Shown here in pieces: positions 42,348 through 51,394 of a stretch of 64,000 nt of DNA. Position numbers and translations under genes: made by a program. Below the pieces are notes generated by a model. The model made no database searches. It was not told where the DNA came from and saw only the letters and a program-made list of their open reading frames with translations. Origin of the DNA: Pelagomonas calceolata (Eukaryota); assembly GCA_918797485.1 (NCBI GenBank), contig CAKKNE010000005.1:4340001-4404000 (forward strand), read 5' to 3'. How positions within the stretch are numbered: position 1 is the first letter of the stretch; every line of letters begins with the position of its first letter.

Positions 42348-42713
42348 CTAGTGCGAGCACTGGTCGCACTGGCAGCCCGGCGCGTGCGCCACGTTCGCGA
42401 AGCCGCCCGGGCAGAGGCAGACGCTTTCGCAGCCGCACGGCAGGCTGTGCTTTTTGAGTACCGTCCCCTTCGCGGCGCACATCGCACAGCCGCAAAAGGG
42501 GTCCGCGCAGACGTCGCAGTCCGGGCACGTACTCGCGGTCGCGGCGCGGAGGATGGCCTGGAAGCCGCCCTGGGAGCGGGCGAGGGCCGATGACCGCTGC
42601 TGCAGCGCCGCCGGCCGAGGTGCTGCTGTTTGCCTCAGCCAGGTGAAAGCGACGGCCGGCGTGAGTAGGTAGCTGGCCACGAGGGCCGCGACGATCTCGA
42701 GGAAGTAGCCCAT
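42348..42713 (-). CDS. Small Cys-rich (metallothionein-like) protein with a signal plus transit-like presequence
   Basis: Hydrophobic N-terminus ending PAVA-FTW, a basic linker, then 13 Cys and 3 His in about 59 aa arranged as CxC/CxxC. Confidence 0.55.
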   Translation of the reverse strand: MGYFLEIVAALVASYLLTPAVAFTWLRQTAAPRPAALQQRSSALARSQGGFQAILRAATASTCPDCDVCADPFCGCAMCAAKGTVLKKHSLPCGCESVCLCPGGFANVAHAPGCQCDQCSH

Positions 42714-43126
42714 GCTTCCCGCTGTTTACGTCCGGGGGCCGCCGCGCGGACTGCAATGGCAAGGACAGCGACGCTCTGCCTCACCAGCCTTAAGCGTGCC
42801 GCTGGGGGCCGTCGCGTCGAGCTCTCCAGCGACCAATAGGACGCGTGAGACTCGCCTTTGACACGTGGGGACCGTGCCAGCTTCAAGCAGGAGCAGGCAT
42901 ACTGGGGGAAGGCACCGCGTCCCGCGGCGCGAGTTGAAGTTCGGCAAAACCGGACTCCTACGGGGCGGGCGGACCGCGCGGACTTCCCCGCACCACGCCA
43001 GACGCGAGGGTCGCGCGACGCTCGGAATTGATACGATATCGGAGAGCAGAGACGGCCGGGCGTTGGACGACCGGAACAGGAGCCCCCCAAAAAAAAAGCT
43101 CAAGATATAAACAGACAGGCTCGTTA

Positions 43127-44470
43127 CTACTTGGAGGAGGACGAGGGCTTGGCCGCCGTGATGACCGTGGCCAGGAAGTCGAGCGGGTTCGCGCCCGCGG
43201 CCGGCGCCGGCGCCGCGCCGGCGCCGCACTGCCGGCACGCCGTGTTCCCCTGGAGACACCGCGCGTGGACGACGTGGCCGCATGGTAAAGCGTCGAGCAA
43301 CTCGAGAGAAGCAAAAACGCACCTTCCACACCGCGCGCACGCCTCCGAGACCTTGCGCGCGGGCTCGTCTCCAACAGTCTTGGGAGAGACCTCGTACGGC
43401 GCCGGGTTCGCGTCGGCCGGGCAGACGTGCACGAAGGGCGGGTCCCGGGAGCATGCCCGGCCCTTCGGCGCGCGGATGCACTGGTGGCACTTCATGCAGT
43501 GAAACGCATCTATACCGAGACCTCGTCCCGGCTTGCACGCGTCGCAGTACGGGCAGTGGTAGGAAGGACCCTCTATTTTGACTTCACCGGTCTCGTCGTT
43601 CGAACTGATCGTCGAGTCGCCGTCGTCGTCCTTCTTTCTTCTTTTCCTTTTACCCCGCTTCTTCGGCGGGGGCGGCGGCCGTTTCGCGACGCAGTAGGCG
43701 CAGGGGCCCCCCGAGGAGCTGCAGGCGCCTCGCGCTGACCCGCCTTTCTGGGCACCGCTCACGGAAGCTAACGAGGCCAGCCAGGCCCGGAACTTGCCGC
43801 CGCCGACCGCGCTCATGGTGGCGAGCACGTGTCTCGCCTGCAAGGGTTCGAGGTTCGGCACCACTACTTCTAGGGTAGCCACCGTGTCGTCCGCGCCTCG
43901 TCTCCCTAGGACCGCGCCTGTTAACTGGAGTAACTCGTCATGCGCAAAGGCTCGTCGCAACCGCGGAAGCATCTCCTCCTCCTCTTCCAACATGTGGTCG
44001 GCCATGAACTCCCTAAAACCATCCAACTCGAGCTTGAGGGAAGCTAGTTTTCGTTTGAAGTCGGCGCTGTTCGGCTTTGCTGCTAGGAGTTTCGTAAAAG
44101 CCTGCTCCGCGGCTTCGAGCTTCTGCGTCTCCACATCGTGGGCGGCGTCGTGCTCCGGCGTCGTTTCAATGCCTCTCGTCTGGGCTTCCCGCAACTCGAG
44201 CGCTGGTAGCAACAAGTCGTCCTCCGCGGACGAGTGCGCCCGAAACACGACGGCGTAGCGTTCAAAGCGCCGCGCGGCATCAGATAATTGCTTCGTGTCG
44301 TTCTTCGCGCCGTGCACCGCATCACAAACCGCCTGCATCTCGAGGCGCATGGCGCGGTGAATACTCAGGATCTCGATCAAGGGGTCGGAGACGAGCTGCT
44401 CGTGCCGCGGCTTGAGCGAGAGCGGGTCGGCGGGCGGCGGCGTGACGGGGGGCGGCGAGGTCGTCGTCAT
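43127..44470 (-). CDS. BRUTUS/HRZ-like hemerythrin + Zn-finger + RING-H2 protein
   Basis: IHRAMR, HSSAED, AHDVE, HMLEEE (hemerythrin); YHCPYCDACKPGRGLGIDAFHCMKCHQC; CARC...LPCGHVVHARC...CRQC; KKRGKRKRRKK. Confidence 0.8.
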   Translation of the reverse strand: MTTTSPPPVTPPPADPLSLKPRHEQLVSDPLIEILSIHRAMRLEMQAVCDAVHGAKNDTKQLSDAARRFERYAVVFRAHSSAEDDLLLPALELREAQTRGIETTPEHDAAHDVETQKLEAAEQAFTKLLAAKPNSADFKRKLASLKLELDGFREFMADHMLEEEEEMLPRLRRAFAHDELLQLTGAVLGRRGADDTVATLEVVVPNLEPLQARHVLATMSAVGGGKFRAWLASLASVSGAQKGGSARGACSSSGGPCAYCVAKRPPPPPKKRGKRKRRKKDDDGDSTISSNDETGEVKIEGPSYHCPYCDACKPGRGLGIDAFHCMKCHQCIRAPKGRACSRDPPFVHVCPADANPAPYEVSPKTVGDEPARKVSEACARCGRCVFASLELLDALPCGHVVHARCLQGNTACRQCGAGAAPAPAAGANPLDFLATVITAAKPSSSSK

Positions 44471-45103
44471 GCTTCGTATCTTTTTTTGGAACTGGTTCCC
44501 CTCGTTGACGCCGGCGCTCGTCGGCGCGCGGGCTCAAATTTCAGGAGGAACCGGCGTCCGTGTTTGGGCGCGTCCGCAGCGAGTTCTTTGACGCGCGTGG
44601 GTGGCCCAACGCGCGCAACCAGACGCGGGGCGCGGATTTTGGATGTGTATGAAATGGCTGAGTTTGCGGCGCGCAGACGTCCTTTGGCGCCTCTGCGGCG
44701 AGGGTGTGGCGTTGCTGGTATTTTTTGTGCCTCGCGGAGAGGCTGGGGCGCCCTGGTTCACCGAGTGTGGCCAGCTACGATATAGCTGTGCTGCTCCGGT
44801 GGGTGTGCTCGAGGAGCACACGCCCAGTCCAGTTTCGCTAACCGAGCGGTCTTCGGAAGCGGTGCATCCTTGCCAACATACGTCTCCACAGCCCCGTTTA
44901 GCGCAGTTTAGCCGAGGCGCTCCACAAAGGCTGGCTTTGACACAGGCCCAAAGCCATTGCAAATAGCCGCGCGACGGGGCTCAAACCGACGCATCGGCAG
45001 CTCAGAGTTGTTCGTTTGCAAGGAACAAATCAGAATCCGCAGTGATTTGCAGCGCCACCGCAGCAGCAGGGGAGAGCACCCCTCTCACTGCCCAGCCAGC
45101 AAA

Positions 45104-47230
45104 ATGCCGCCGCCGGCCCGCTACCTGCGCAGCCATGCCGAAGGCCTCCTGTTGGAAGGCGGCGAGCCCGGTCTGCGGCCGCTGCTCATCACAGCCGGAA
45201 AAGACGGCGGCGTCGCGTGTCGAGTCGTCCACCGCGACCGGCGGCCGTCGCTGCCGCAAGAAAGTGCGCACCCGTCGCTAGCCGCTCAAACGGCACCGAA
45301 GGTGCGCATCGAGGGCCTTTTTGGTGTGTACGCGTTCAGCGGCGGCCCCTACGCCGCCGTTATATTAGAGAGCGAACCGCTTTTGAAAAGAGACAAATCG
45401 ACGCAAGTCTTCGCCGATGCTAAATTGAGGTGGCCGCGCGACGCCTGTCACGCCTTTCGACTGAGGCGGGCCACGAAGGTCGCCGTCGTGCCCGTCTCGA
45501 ACGCGAACCGGCGGCTCTCGAAGCGCCAAGCCCAGGACGAGGCCCTGTGCCTGCGCCTGCTCGAGAGCGCGCTGCGGAAAAGGCCCTGGGTCTTCTCGCG
45601 CGACTCCGACGCGGCGACGCTGACGTCGACGCGCGCGTCCGACGCGCGGGACTACGCTTTAGCTGAAAGGCAAGCACTGAGACAGCGGGGGTCCATCAAG
45701 GCCGAGGACGCGGCGCGGCAGCGCTTCGAGCGGGCGGATGCGGCGTTCCTGTGGAACCAGCGCGTGCTTGCGCCGGTGGTTTGTTTCGGCGTGGAAATCA
45801 AATCGCGTCGACGGCGTGGAGGGCCGGGTCGCGCGACGCCGATCGCGGCGAGGGCGTGGAGCGCCGTCCGCGAGAGCTCATGCGACGCCGAGAGCGCGAA
45901 CGGGGCCGCGTCGATGGCGTATAGAACACACACAACACAGAAAAAAACAACGCAGGTCGAGGCCGGCGCCGCGGCCTGGTGCTGCGCCTGCGCTTGCATC
46001 GTAGCGACGGCCTGCGATTTGGGGGCGGTCGACGACGCCGAGGACGAGGGCCCCGCGCCCTGTGCGGCGATCGTGTTGACGAGACTAGGTGTGGATACCG
46101 GTGCGCGGCTCGTACGGAGAGGTCTTGGTCGAGATGGGTCGTTATCATCCTACGCCGAGACCGAGGTCTTGGTGGCGGCGGCCGCGACCCCAGATAGACC
46201 CGCGCGGGCGTATGCGTTTACTTTGAGTAGAGCATCACCACCTGTAGCTCTAGAGGACGACGCGCCCTCACAAAGTCGTGGGGCCTTGCTCAAACGCAAA
46301 CTCTCGATATCAAAAAAGGACCTCACGCAGCCGCCGACACCGGTCAACGCCAGGCACGCTAGGACAGACGCTAGAAAATTGGACGGCGCCGTCGAACAGT
46401 TGCTGACAAGGACGAAGACGACTCAAGTGACCGTCGTTGATCTAACAGCGCGGGCGCCGTCCACGTGCTCCGTATCGTCTTTATTAGTGAGGAAGCGCCT
46501 GAAGCAGGCCTGTCTGGCCCTCGCACCAGCCAAGCGCGGCGCTAGAGTGCGCCACGTCGTGGTCGGACCTTCGGAGGCGTTAGCTCAAGTGCCGGTGGCC
46601 CACGACATCACAAGACTCCGAGTCGCGTCGCAAGGTCAACGGCAGCAGAAGAACACGGTGTTAGTTGTTGGCTGCGACGAGGTTGATGAAACCGATTTGC
46701 TACTATGCGACCTCGCCTCAGAAACAATTCTAAAAGCGGCGGAGGACGAAGCACTCGGACCGGACGGTTTCACACCAGCTGATCCAAAGTATGCCTCGTC
46801 CCAGCTCGAGGCCTGCTGGCGGAGGCATGGAGACGGTATATCAACAGTAAGGTGCGGCGGCGGCGCGACCGTGGGATGGAAGCCCTTCGTGAGGTTGGCG
46901 AGAGCGTTACGCGGCAGTCTGTTCGACGGCACGGACCAGGATGGCTTGGACGTGGCTCTTGGTAGAAAAGCACCATCACAACTCGTAAGGGGCGCCGACG
47001 AAAGGACTTATGCGTGGGAGCGCGTCCATTTAACCTACGCGAAGACGGTGGGCGTCTCGCTCGTCGCCGCGGGCGCGTTGCGACTAGCGGCGCCGTCAGC
47101 GTCATGCATGGAAATACTAAAACAGGGCGTCGTCGCCGCTGTTTTAGGTGTCGTCTCCGTCAACGTCCACCAGGTCTGGGACGGGTCCCTGCTGGTTTCT
47201 GCGGCGGGTTCTCGACGCTTCGACGAATAA
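45104..47230 (+). CDS. Divergent SAC1-like phosphoinositide phosphatase, probably catalytically degenerate; in-frame intron about 45779-45955
   Basis: IEGLFGV, FLWNQRVL, GARLVRRGL...YAETE, W..HGDGIS, QDGLDVALG and two C-terminal TMs follow the Sac1 layout. Confidence 0.6.
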   Translation: MPPPARYLRSHAEGLLLEGGEPGLRPLLITAGKDGGVACRVVHRDRRPSLPQESAHPSLAAQTAPKVRIEGLFGVYAFSGGPYAAVILESEPLLKRDKSTQVFADAKLRWPRDACHAFRLRRATKVAVVPVSNANRRLSKRQAQDEALCLRLLESALRKRPWVFSRDSDAATLTSTRASDARDYALAERQALRQRGSIKAEDAARQRFERADAAFLWNQRVLAPVVCFGVEIKSRRRRGGPGRATPIAARAWSAVRESSCDAESANGAASMAYRTHTTQKKTTQVEAGAAAWCCACACIVATACDLGAVDDAEDEGPAPCAAIVLTRLGVDTGARLVRRGLGRDGSLSSYAETEVLVAAAATPDRPARAYAFTLSRASPPVALEDDAPSQSRGALLKRKLSISKKDLTQPPTPVNARHARTDARKLDGAVEQLLTRTKTTQVTVVDLTARAPSTCSVSSLLVRKRLKQACLALAPAKRGARVRHVVVGPSEALAQVPVAHDITRLRVASQGQRQQKNTVLVVGCDEVDETDLLLCDLASETILKAAEDEALGPDGFTPADPKYASSQLEACWRRHGDGISTVRCGGGATVGWKPFVRLARALRGSLFDGTDQDGLDVALGRKAPSQLVRGADERTYAWERVHLTYAKTVGVSLVAAGALRLAAPSASCMEILKQGVVAAVLGVVSVNVHQVWDGSLLVSAAGSRRFDE

Positions 47231-47242
47231 CAACATGTGTAC

Positions 47243-49081
47243 TTAGTAGTCCATCCCCGACCCGTACTCCCACGCGTCCGCGAGTCGACGGAGCGCGAAG
47301 CCCTGCCTTTGATCCGGCAGGCGATGCGAGTACGCCCTCACTCTCTTCCCAAGAACGTGGTGCGCGCCGTCGTACAAAAGCATCATCCCGAAGTGGCCGA
47401 GCCACTCGACCAATTCCTGAGGACCGATCCAGTAGCATAACGGCAAAATGTTCAGCGGGTCCCGCAGCGTCGCCAGGCCCAGCACCTGCAGCAATGCTCT
47501 AGGTTGCACGACGTCCTGGTTGAACGGTCGCAACACATCGTCACCGAGGTCCTCCATGTTGACGTAATTCTGGCGCATCAACCTATTCACAAACGAAGCC
47601 GGCCGTTGCGACGAAACGGGGTGCACGAAGCTCTTCTGGAACATCCAGGTCGCGGCGATGTTCGGCGCGTAGCCGTTCACTAGTGTCAATGACGCGCGGT
47701 CGAGGGCGTCATTTTGTAGAGCGTCCTCGACGGCGTCCGTGACCCTCCCCAAATGCCTTGTGAGCGCACCGAAGCCCCCGAAACTCAGGGGCGACTGGAC
47801 GCCCGACGCGTCGCCGACAGCTAAAACGCGGTCCCACCGGGTCGGTAGGGGCGAGTCTTTGTAGGTCGGGAACAAACCGTAGAGGCACCTTTTCAAGATC
47901 AGGTCGCCGTCCTCGAGCGCGTCTTCTATACGCTTACTGTTCAAGCAGTCGGCGTTGTGCTTCTGATAGGTCGGCAGCATGCGCCAATAATCCTCGAACT
48001 GGCCTTCCACAGTGTGTTGGCGCATTTCATCAGCATCTAAGTAGGTGAAGAGGTAGGTCGTGCGCGCGTCTTCACCCAGCGACATCGCCGGGAAGGCCTC
48101 CCAGAAGTACTGCCTTTCTTGGTGGATGCGCGTGTCCTCGTTCGTATATATCAGATCGCCGTAGGAGTTGTCCTTGGCGAAGCCGGCCATCGACGTGCCG
48201 ACGACGCAGCAGATGCCCGACGGCCGCGGGTCCGCGCCGTCATTCGCCTCGCGTCGACACTGCCGCGCGACGGGCGACGCGTTGCCCATGGCGTCGACGA
48301 CGAGTCGCGTCGTGATGACTTCCTCGGCGAGCGTCACCTGCGCGCTTTTCTCGCCCACCACGACCCCATTGCAAGGCGTGTGCTCCTTCACGACGCCGCC
48401 CTGCTCCTCGAAGCGCCGCCGCGCTCGCCTAACGGCCACGTCCGGTCTGACACCAACATTCAGCACGCTCGGCAGCCAGACCTCCTGGAGCGCGCCGCCC
48501 GAGCCGGACGCGCCGTGCTCTTGGTCGTTAAACCCCGCGCGCACCGACCCGAAGTGCGACGCGACGAGCGTGTCATCTGCACCGGCCAGCACCTCGTACT
48601 TGCCCGGCGTGCCGACGGCGCCGTCAATGTCATCTGCATGCAACGCCCCGGCGTCGACCAGGTCCCTCACTTCATCCAGCGACAAATTCCACTCCTGGTT
48701 CCGCCCCGCGAGCGGGCCCCTCTCAATAACGCACACTTTGAGACCCCGGGCCTGGAAGGCGCTCGCCGCGAAGATGCCGAGCGTGCCGCCGAGTACCACA
48801 ACATCAAAATCCGGCTCTGCCTCCACCGAAGCCTCGGTGACGAAGGGCGTTGCCGGTGACGCTGCCGTCGGTCGCCGCATGGCCTCCCAGCGCGCGTCGA
48901 GGGCGCGCAGGCCTGCGAGCGTGCCCGCGGCGCCGGCGCCGAGGCCGTCGCCCTCGCTTTCGAGGTGTTGCAATATGGATTCCGTGCGCGTCGCCTTGAG
49001 GGACGTTCTTGTGGCGAGTCGCGGTCGCTGGAGCTGCAGGGCTCGTGCTGCGATGGCGCAGCATAATAGGTTTGCAAGCAT
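47243..49081 (-). CDS. CruA/CruP-type lycopene cyclase-like FAD oxidoreductase with a plastid-type presequence
   Basis: DVVVLGGTLG, GRNQEWNLS, QYFWEAFP, RTTYLFTY, VGDASGVQSPLSFGGFGALTRHL. Confidence 0.8.
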   Translation of the reverse strand: MLANLLCCAIAARALQLQRPRLATRTSLKATRTESILQHLESEGDGLGAGAAGTLAGLRALDARWEAMRRPTAASPATPFVTEASVEAEPDFDVVVLGGTLGIFAASAFQARGLKVCVIERGPLAGRNQEWNLSLDEVRDLVDAGALHADDIDGAVGTPGKYEVLAGADDTLVASHFGSVRAGFNDQEHGASGSGGALQEVWLPSVLNVGVRPDVAVRRARRRFEEQGGVVKEHTPCNGVVVGEKSAQVTLAEEVITTRLVVDAMGNASPVARQCRREANDGADPRPSGICCVVGTSMAGFAKDNSYGDLIYTNEDTRIHQERQYFWEAFPAMSLGEDARTTYLFTYLDADEMRQHTVEGQFEDYWRMLPTYQKHNADCLNSKRIEDALEDGDLILKRCLYGLFPTYKDSPLPTRWDRVLAVGDASGVQSPLSFGGFGALTRHLGRVTDAVEDALQNDALDRASLTLVNGYAPNIAATWMFQKSFVHPVSSQRPASFVNRLMRQNYVNMEDLGDDVLRPFNQDVVQPRALLQVLGLATLRDPLNILPLCYWIGPQELVEWLGHFGMMLLYDGAHHVLGKRVRAYSHRLPDQRQGFALRRLADAWEYGSGMDY

Positions 49082-49401
49082 GCTCGGCAGTCGCAGGGCG
49101 CCCACTTGTCGTCAAACGCTTGCAGGCGCACGTGTCAACGGAGAACGTGTGCTCGGCCCCGCCGGATTGTCTCTATGCTCGACACGCGCGGAGCACTACA
49201 GGTGTGTGGTGGCCCAAGTTTTGTTGGCCTGCCAGCGCATTTGCTCTCCGAGCAAACAGGCGTTCGAGCGAGTGCCAGAACGCTTGCACTACGCTGCGCA
49301 CTCGTAGAGCCCCCAACGTAGCGTCTCGCAACGCAGGAGACCGTGGCCGTACGCTGCACGACCAGTGTGAGAGCCTGGCTGGTAGGTCACAAGATTAAAT
49401 C

Positions 49402-50630
49402 ATGCGCGTCACAGCTCTGAGATACGCGCTGCGTCGAGGACCGCGCCAGACGCCGCACCAGACGCCACGCCAGACGCTGCTCTGCCGGCGAGGCCTGCAC
49501 CAGTCGTCGCGGTTCGAGGACACGTCGGTCGCCGCGGTCAACGCCTGGCTCGCCGAGCCGCCGAGCAAGCCGACGTGGACGATTGCCGGCGCCTGCGCGG
49601 CGCACGACGTCTTTGATCTGAACGCGGACGTCGTCGTTGCGGTCGACGAGGGAGACGAGCCGTGCGAGCCGTGGGTCGCGGCGACGCGCATCGCCGTCCC
49701 GGAACCGCCGGTCGCGCTGGGGAGCGGCGCCGCCGACGCGCTGCCCGACGAGCTCGCGGACGAGGCGCTGCTCGCGATGGCGCCCGAGCGCCTGACCTTC
49801 GCGTTGTGCGGCGTGGGCACGGCCGAGACTGTCTTCGAGCGGCTCGAGAGCCTCTTCCCGGGCGCGCGGGCCGTGGCCTGCGCGGCGCCGGCCGTCGCGC
49901 GGCAGCGGCGCGGCGCGGGCGAGGAACGGCTCGTCGGCGCGGTGTTTACGGATTTGCTGGACGTGACGCCGCTCGCGCGGGCGCTGGCCGAGTTCTCGTT
50001 GGTACCTGAGTGGAATCAAATTTCGGGCGCCCTACGCCATCGACGCGATGTGCTTCCGTAGCTGCGTCTGCGCGATGGCGTGGCGATTCCACGCCATCGA
50101 CGCGACGCTGTCCCCGTGGCCGCGTCGGCTCGATGGCGTGGAGGCTCACGAAGTCCACGCAATATATCTAACCTAACTCACTGGTTGATTTTCCACACAG
50201 GACACCGGCGGACCGCACGTTCCGCGCCAACGCGGCCGCCGCGCGGGAGATCTTCCTGCCGTCGAGCGCGCCCTGCCTTGACGGGGGCGATATCACGCCG
50301 GCGGACCAGGCCGTGCCCCTCTTCGTGCTCGACGGCGTGAAGTTGAAGGAGGGGGAAGCTAGAGTCTTCAAGATCTTCGAGCCGCGGTACAAGCTCATGA
50401 TCAAGGAGTGCCTGGACAAGGGCCGGCCGCTGCTCGTCGTCGGCGCGACGGACGACGTCGGCTCGCTCTGCCGGGTAGGAGACGCCACCCACGACGTCGA
50501 CGGCGGCTCAGTCGTCGTCCTCCACTGCGAACGAACTGTCAAGGCCGTCGAGCGGCGGGCGTCGCGCGCCGAGTTTGGGCTCGCGCGAGCGGACCTCGTC
50601 GCCTTCACGAACCCGTACCGCGCCCCGTGA
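49402..50630 (+). CDS. Protein with a C-terminal LON substrate-binding-like domain; intron 49998-50200
   Basis: Splicing GT 49998 to AG 50200 joins the 49402 ORF in frame to ...VPLFVL...FKIFEPRYKLMIKECL; Arg-rich mitochondrial-like N-terminus. Confidence 0.7.
50006..50200 (+). mobile_element. Degenerate introner-like element (same TIR family as 57149-57320)
   Basis: Left end ctgagtggaatcaa; right end cactggttgattttccacacag; internal acgccatcga/cgatggcgt inverted repeats; no intact TSD. Confidence 0.75.
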
Positions 50631-50672
50631 ATTGTGTTATAAACAAGCTAGTACCTTACGACGCCCCGCTGT

Positions 50673-50798
50673 TTACTTGATGAAGCCGTGCTTCTTGTTC
50701 TGGAAGAACGCGGCGAAGCAGATGACGCCCGCGCCGCCGGCGACGGTCGCGATGACGGACGCGGCCATGCTGCCCTTGTTGAACGGCTTGCCGTCGAA
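50673..50798 (-). CDS. Last exon of a small single-TM protein not in the ORF track; upstream exon unresolved
   Basis: cgcag|FDGKPFNKGSMAASVIATVAGGAGVICFAAFFQNKKHGFIK* with nearly pure GC3 codons. Confidence 0.55.
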   Translation of the reverse strand, partial: FDGKPFNKGSMAASVIATVAGGAGVICFAAFFQNKKHGFIK

Positions 50799-51394
50799 CT
50801 GCGCGGGGCGCGGGGGTCGAGGACGCGCGCGCGCGGAGGCTCGTTCACTGTCGAGCGGCAGTCGCGTCGGTGGCGTCGCGGAGCGTCGAAGGTCCGACGT
50901 CGGGCCCCGCGTCGGCGCGAGTGGGTCTACCCAACGTAGCGCTTCGAAAATGACCAGTCCAGCGCGCAGGTTGAAGGCTGGGGCGCGCCCCTTAATCTAC
51001 GGACGCGGCGCGATACGGTACCTCCGCCCATTGCCCTCCTGCCGGCCGGCGCGACGCGCGCGGTGACGAGTCGAAGCGCAGCGATGGAGGACATAGGTGC
51101 TGCTAGTGTCCAATAAACTGCGCCTCGTCCCCGGCGGTCCCTGGCGGCGGTGTATTAGCCCAGCTTGCTCCCGGCTGTGTCTGCTTGCTAGTGTCTTTAG
51201 GCCGCTAGCCCCTCACGTAAGACTGCTCCAACGCTCCGCACGCAGTACCCGCCCCGTCCCGATTGCTCGAAACGGACGCGTAGGCCCGTGAGGCCCGGTG
51301 ACCTACTAGAGATCGTTATGATGGTGGCAAAGGGCGGGGGCAGCTAAAAAGGGCAGCTAAAGGGCAGCTAAGAAAGGGCAGCACAAAACCGACC

